The position numbers and the translations under genes are program-made. A DNA stretch of 64,000 bases, taken from assembly GCA_963674755.2 (NCBI GenBank), contig CAXXVS010000002.1:2528001-2592000 (forward strand), given 5' to 3'. Below the pieces are notes generated by a model, which saw only the letters and a list, made by a program, of their open reading frames with translations, had not been told where the DNA came from and made no database searches. Numbering within the stretch: position 1 is the stretch's first letter; each line of letters starts with the position of its first letter. Positions 59,101 through 64,000 of the stretch are shown one piece after another. The DNA is from Desulfobacterales bacterium. GTDB taxonomy: Bacteria; Desulfobacterota; Desulfobacteria; Desulfobacterales; UBA5852.

Positions 59101-60443
59101 CCACCGACGCGCCCCATATCCTCCTGGTCAATCCCTGGATCGACGATTTCGCCGCCTATGACGTGTGGGCCCAGCCCCTGGGGCTGCTCACCCTGGCCAG
59201 CCTGCTGCGGCGGCAGGGCTATCGACTGACCTATGTGGACTGCCTCGACCGGTTTCATCCCAAAGCCCCCCGATCCGATCCCTTTGCGCGCCACGGCCGC
59301 GGCCCCTACCTTAAAACCCCCCTGCCCAACCCTCCGGGATTGGAGGGTGTTCCGCGCCGTTTCTCCCGCTACGGCATCCGCGAGACCTGGCTTCGGGAAG
59401 ACCTGGCGCGCACACCCCGGCCCGATCTGATCCTGGTAACTTCCACGATGACTTACTGGTACCCGGGCGTCCGGGCCACCATCGCCGTCCTGAAGCGAAC
59501 CTTTCCCGACACGCCCCTCGTATTGGGGGGCATCTACGCCACCCTCTGCCGGGCGCATGCCGAACGCACCTGCGGGGCGGACGAAGTGCTGACAGGGGGC
59601 ATCGACGGGCCGCTGCTGGACGCCATCGGCCGGCTCACCGGCTATACCGGCGGGACCGTCTACGCCCCTCAAGATGTCGATACCTATCCCTATCCGGCCT
59701 GGCATCTGAAGCGCCGGATCAATTACCTCCCCGTGCTGACGTCTTTCGGCTGCCCCTTCGATTGCGCCTACTGTGCCTCCCGTTTCCTGCAACCCCGTTG
59801 CCGCCGGCGCCGGCCCCGGGCCGTGGTGGAAGAGATCCTGTTCTGGCACAAGACCACCGGGGTCAGGGACTTTGTCCTCTACGACGACGCCTTCCTGCTG
59901 GATGCCGAGGCCCATGCGGCCCCCATCCTGGAGGGACTGATCCGTGCCGGCCTCCCATTGCGCTTTCACACCCCCAATGCTTTGCACATCAGGGGCCTGA
60001 CCCCGGCCATCGTCGCTTTGCTGGCCCGGGCGGGTTTTCAGACCGTCCGGCTCGGCCTGGAGACCACCGTGCGACCTTCCGGGCAGGCCGACGATCACAA
60101 AGTCGAGCTGAACGAATTCATTCGCGCCGCCGAAGGCCTGCGTCAGGCCGGCTTCACCCATCGCGAAGCCGGCGCCTATCTTCTGATAGGCCTGCCCGAC
60201 CAGGATTGGAATGCCGTGGCGGACTCGATCCATCTGGTAAAGAATAAGGGGGTCCGCCCCATTCTGGCCTATTACACCCCCATCCCCCATACCCGGATGT
60301 GGGCCCGCGCGGTGGCCGCTTCCCGCTATGATCTGGCGGCCGACCCGCTTTTCTGCAACAATGCCATCTTCCCCTGCCAGCCGGAAAATTTTTCATGGGA
60401 AGCATTGGCGAGGCTCAAGGAAATGACCCGCATGAACGGCTGA
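59097..60443 (+). CDS. B12-binding radical SAM protein
   Basis: NPWIDDFAAYD, LGGIYATL and CPFDCAYC; GTG start overlaps the ahbB stop. Confidence 0.92.
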   Translation: MTTDAPHILLVNPWIDDFAAYDVWAQPLGLLTLASLLRRQGYRLTYVDCLDRFHPKAPRSDPFARHGRGPYLKTPLPNPPGLEGVPRRFSRYGIRETWLREDLARTPRPDLILVTSTMTYWYPGVRATIAVLKRTFPDTPLVLGGIYATLCRAHAERTCGADEVLTGGIDGPLLDAIGRLTGYTGGTVYAPQDVDTYPYPAWHLKRRINYLPVLTSFGCPFDCAYCASRFLQPRCRRRRPRAVVEEILFWHKTTGVRDFVLYDDAFLLDAEAHAAPILEGLIRAGLPLRFHTPNALHIRGLTPAIVALLARAGFQTVRLGLETTVRPSGQADDHKVELNEFIRAAEGLRQAGFTHREAGAYLLIGLPDQDWNAVADSIHLVKNKGVRPILAYYTPIPHTRMWARAVAASRYDLAADPLFCNNAIFPCQPENFSWEALARLKEMTRMNG

Positions 60444-60515
60444 AGACGGCCAGGATGCTTTGGGGGCGAACGCGGCGCGCCATGTCTTGACCCCTGGGGA
60501 CGAACTGCTTAGATA

Positions 60516-60737
60516 GTATCCGTCCGGCAATAGCATCTTTTGGCCCCTGGCGGCATTTTCGCTTCCTGCCGTCCCTCGGCGCAGCCCGGTTAGACAACGC
60601 TGTCGCTCATAGGGCTACGCCCTCCGGCGCCCCTCGGCGGCAGCTTGTTGAACACCGAGAGGTTTAAAGATCAGAGGTGAAATCCCGCGCTGTGTGGCGG
60701 GATCAGGAACCAAAATCGGCCCTTCCCGGGCGGATCC
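60516..60737. mobile_element. MITE-like element, family B copy 4
   Basis: Colinear with copy 3 (e.g. AAAGATCAGA.GTGAAATCCCGCGCTGTG.GGCGGGA); degenerate inverted repeats; AGATA on both flanks. Confidence 0.75.
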
Positions 60738-60839
60738 AGATAAGTTGCTCGACCGCTTTATCAGCAGAGCCAGAGTCGCCTTCTGCAGCGGCGCTTCTCT
60801 GCAATCGCACAGCTGATACCCCACAAGGAGACCACCGCC

Positions 60840-62351
60840 ATGATCAAACTGATTTCATCCGCCCTGAGCCGCATCAAAACGGAAACCCTCATCATACCGG
60901 TCTGCCCGGACCGGGAGCTGTATCCGTCCCCCTCCATCTCGTCGCTGGTGCGACAAGCCCTGGGTATGAAGCCTTTTAGCGGCAAGCAGGGCGATGAACT
61001 GATCCTTTACCAGCCGCCGAATGTGGGGGCCGAACGGATCGTGTTCCTGGGGATAGGCTCCCAGGCCGAATTGGACCTCGAACGGTTCCGGCAGGCCGCC
61101 GGCAGGGGCGTCCGCCTGTCCCAGCACACCGATCCGGGCGATGCGGTCCTTTTGGTGCCGGAAATCGACGGGGGCGATGCCTTGGAGCGAAAGGCCATAC
61201 TGTCCGCCCTGGCCGAAGGCGCCCTTCTCAGCAACCACCACCAGAACCGCTATCAATCGGATCCCAAAATTCAGCCCCTGAAATCCATCCGCCTGCATAC
61301 GGATACATCCCTGGCCCGCAACGCCAAAGCCGATTTAAACCATATCGAAGCGGTCGGCCGCGCCACGTTGCTGGCCCGGGATTGGATCAACCAGCCGGCC
61401 AACGAAAAAACGCCCGACCAACTGGCCCGCCGGATGGCCCGGGCTGCCCAGGGAAAAGGGCTCAAGGTGACCATCTTTGACGAAAAGAAGCTGAAAACCA
61501 TGCAGATGGGCGCACTTTTGGCCGTGGGTCAGGGCAGTGCCCACCCGCCGCGCCTCCTTATCCTCGATTACCGCCCGCCTAAAGCGTCCGGAACCATCGC
61601 GCTGGTGGGCAAGGGCATCACCTTCGACGCGGGCGGTCTCAACATCAAGCCCAGCGGATCCATCGAATTGATGAAGATCGACATGGCCGGCGCCGCAGCG
61701 GTGGCCGCCAGCGTCATGGCCCTGGCCGAAACCGGCGCGCGCCAGCGCGTCGTGGGGGTCATCCCCCTGGCCGAAAACATGGTCTCCGGCGACGCCTTTC
61801 GACCGGGCGACATCGTCCGGGCCGTCAACGGACGCACCATCGAGATCGGCAACACCGATGCCGAGGGACGCTTGATTCTGGCCGACGCCCTGGCCTACGC
61901 CGCCCAGACTTACCGCCCGCAGATCATGATCGACATGGCCACCCTGACAGGGGCCTGCGTGGTGGCCCTGGGGGAACGCATCGCCGGGATCTTCTCCCCG
62001 GACGACGCTTTAAGGGGCGTGATCGAACAGGCCGGCCGCGAGGTCCATGAACGCTGCTGGCCCATGCCCCTGCCGGAGGACTACCGGGAACTGCTCAAAA
62101 GCGATCTCGCCGATATGCGCAACATCGGCCCCCACCGGTGGGGCGGTGCGATTCTGGCAGCCCTGTTTCTGAAGGAATTCAGCGGTGAAACCCGTTGGGC
62201 GCATATCGACATCGCCGGCCCGGCCTACCACAAGAAAGGCGAACCCTACCACCAGCCCGGCGCCACGGGATTCGGCGTACGTCTGCTCTGCCGGACTATT
62301 GCGGCCTTGGCTGGAACCCAAAACGACCATCTACCGACAGCCACAATTTAA
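60840..62351 (+). CDS. pepA: Leucyl aminopeptidase (M17)
   Basis: GKGITFDAGG, MKIDMAG, NTDAEGRL and ATLTGA motifs. Confidence 0.95.
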   Translation: MIKLISSALSRIKTETLIIPVCPDRELYPSPSISSLVRQALGMKPFSGKQGDELILYQPPNVGAERIVFLGIGSQAELDLERFRQAAGRGVRLSQHTDPGDAVLLVPEIDGGDALERKAILSALAEGALLSNHHQNRYQSDPKIQPLKSIRLHTDTSLARNAKADLNHIEAVGRATLLARDWINQPANEKTPDQLARRMARAAQGKGLKVTIFDEKKLKTMQMGALLAVGQGSAHPPRLLILDYRPPKASGTIALVGKGITFDAGGLNIKPSGSIELMKIDMAGAAAVAASVMALAETGARQRVVGVIPLAENMVSGDAFRPGDIVRAVNGRTIEIGNTDAEGRLILADALAYAAQTYRPQIMIDMATLTGACVVALGERIAGIFSPDDALRGVIEQAGREVHERCWPMPLPEDYRELLKSDLADMRNIGPHRWGGAILAALFLKEFSGETRWAHIDIAGPAYHKKGEPYHQPGATGFGVRLLCRTIAALAGTQNDHLPTATI

Positions 62352-62378
62352 CGGCGCCTCAGTGCAATTTGGCGCCGT
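62351..62378. terminator. Hairpin between convergent genes
   Basis: ACGGCGCC-N12-GGCGCCGT. Confidence 0.4.
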
Positions 62379-62383
62379 ATCTT

Positions 62384-62890
62384 CTAATCCGGAAAGGTCC
62401 GGGGGCCATAAGGCGCCGGAGGGGCCTCATCGTCCGGGGACTCACTGGCATCCGGTTCGGTTGTCTTGGTTTCCGGATGCTTGGCCGGAGCGGACGCTTT
62501 GCCGTAACGGCGGGCATAGCTGCGGGTCATGGGCTCGGTGCGGCGGGATAGTTCCTGGGGGATGAAGACCACGTCGCCGGGGCGCAGGTCATCGTCCCGT
62601 AGGTTGGGGGTGACCTGGGCCAGGATGCGGGCATTGCGCGTGCTGCCGGTGTACCAGCGCGCAATGGCGGAAAGCGATTCCTCCGGCCAGCGCACCTTGT
62701 GGAGATAGCACGGCACCCCCCGGTAGGTGGCGCGGGCCGGGGCCGGAGTGGTCTTGCGGGGCGGGGCCTGGCTGCCGGGGCTTACGGGGTCCACCTTGGG
62801 CTTGAAGGCCGCACAGGCTGTCAGGCAAAACACCGTCAGCAATAACAGCAAGGCGTGCCGGCCCAAGCCTTCCCATGCAGATCGTCTCAT
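62384..62890 (-). CDS. LysM-like lipoprotein
   Basis: Lipobox LTAC; HKVRWPEESLSAIARWYTG...LRPGDVVFIP. Confidence 0.8.
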   Translation of the reverse strand: MRRSAWEGLGRHALLLLLTVFCLTACAAFKPKVDPVSPGSQAPPRKTTPAPARATYRGVPCYLHKVRWPEESLSAIARWYTGSTRNARILAQVTPNLRDDDLRPGDVVFIPQELSRRTEPMTRSYARRYGKASAPAKHPETKTTEPDASESPDDEAPPAPYGPRTFPD

Positions 62891-64000
62891 GGCGGTACCG
62901 AAAAGCGGCCTTCCATCCGTGCCAGATAAGTGATCGCCCGGACATTGTGGGGGTTGAAATGAATGGCGTTTTGCAGGCTCCGGGTCGCGGCCTGGCGATC
63001 GCCCTGCAAATCCTGCACGATGGCCAGATTGAAAAGCACTTCATCGAGGTATTGCGGCATGCTGTCGGCCACCTGGGCATACTGCGCCGCCGCATCCTCA
63101 TAATGCCCCAGCTTAACATAGGCATAGCCGAGATTAAAGCGGGCATCCGCCATATCCGGATCTAATGCCAGAACCTGCTCGAAAGCGGCGCTGGCCTGGG
63201 GGTAGTCGGCCAGGTTCAGCTGGATCAGCCCCAGGTTGAAGTACGCCCGTATATTGCCGGGCGCCCGCACAACGATCTGCTCCCAGAGTTCCCGCGCCTT
63301 GTGGGGATCGGAATCCATCAAAGCCCGCGCCTGCTGCTCGAGGGGTGTCGCTTCGGCCGACAGTTCCTGAGCGTCTGACGCTCCAGCGAGACGCCCGCCC
63401 GCCCGGGCGTCGTCAAGGGACGCCCCGTAGTGGCGGGCATCGAAGGCTTTCAGTGATGCCGCCCCTCCCCGACCGGGGATATGCCAGCGCATCCACATGA
63501 ACAGCGACGCCGCCAGCAGCAGGCCGGCCAAGCCCAAGGTCAGCCATCGCCCCAGCGGGTTGCGAAAAAGGCGGTTCGATGGCGGGGGAACTTCCGGCAG
63601 GGCCCTCTCATCGGGCGTCTCCCGGTCCACGGAAGCATGATCGGAAGCGGTTTTGGAACGCTGGGCCATGGGGTCCTCACCGATCAGCGTCTGCAGGGCC
63701 GCGTCTTCGGCCGCCTTGTCGTCACGGAAAAGGTCGCTCACGAGATCGGCCAGATGCCGTTCAAGGGCGCGGTGGGGCAAATCCCCCAGGCATTCCTCCA
63801 GAGCGGCCAGAGCGGCCCCGGCATCCGCGAAGCGTTCCTCCGGTTCCAGGGCCAGCAGATGCCGGAAGACATGGCGCAGTTCCGGGGACAAATCCGGAAG
63901 GTGCTCCTCGATCGGAATAAAATCGGCCGTCTGGGCCCGGCGCAGAATCTCCATGGTATTGCCGTGGTAGAAGCGCCGGCCGGTGAGCAGTTCGTACAGG
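62887..64000 (-). CDS. Ser/Thr protein kinase with TM helix and TPR repeats (5' end outside the window)
   Basis: The frame is open to the window edge: LYELLTG..F, LALEPEERF, a TM helix, then TPRs (YFNLG, FNLGY, LFNLA). Confidence 0.88.
   Translation of the reverse strand, partial: LYELLTGRRFYHGNTMEILRRAQTADFIPIEEHLPDLSPELRHVFRHLLALEPEERFADAGAALAALEECLGDLPHRALERHLADLVSDLFRDDKAAEDAALQTLIGEDPMAQRSKTASDHASVDRETPDERALPEVPPPSNRLFRNPLGRWLTLGLAGLLLAASLFMWMRWHIPGRGGAASLKAFDARHYGASLDDARAGGRLAGASDAQELSAEATPLEQQARALMDSDPHKARELWEQIVVRAPGNIRAYFNLGLIQLNLADYPQASAAFEQVLALDPDMADARFNLGYAYVKLGHYEDAAAQYAQVADSMPQYLDEVLFNLAIVQDLQGDRQAATRSLQNAIHFNPHNVRAITYLARMEGRFSVPP

Overview
This is a GC-rich chromosomal window from a probable sulfate-reducing deltaproteobacterium (Desulfobacterales-like, inferred from the HesB selenoprotein, AhbB, DUF3786 and the sigma54/sigma28 motifs). 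I found no rRNA, tRNA, CRISPR array, transposase, reverse transcriptase or phage gene. Most genes are ordinary metabolic, regulatory or housekeeping genes: a MocR-AzlCD pair, a MacAB-TolC-type exporter, an MCP, ndk, a TrmJ-family methyltransferase, mutY, pepA, a YcbK/YcbB pair and a partial Ser/Thr kinase. Five things stand out. (1) About 13 kb (21992-35260) holds a divergent cluster of seven genes whose products all carry export signals: a giant Ig-repeat protein, an FlgD-Ig/beta-barrel protein, a TPR lipoprotein, a TolB-like CxxCH propeller, a poly-Gly protein and two tandem paralogs sharing a domain I cannot name. A periplasmic-type DNA ligase follows it. This is my best candidate for an undescribed envelope system. 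(2) Five co-oriented copies of a modular, strongly folded repeat without terminal inverted repeats (family A) and four MITE-like elements with inverted repeats (family B). (3) A HesB/IscA-like selenoprotein gene with an in-frame TGA and a SECIS-like hairpin, which the ORF track splits. (4) A decayed polyamine-ABC/PHP locus with two deletion fusions, bracketed by family A repeats. (5) A sigma28-driven PhnD-fold binding protein paired with an MCP. All calls come from reading motifs by eye; no database search was run.
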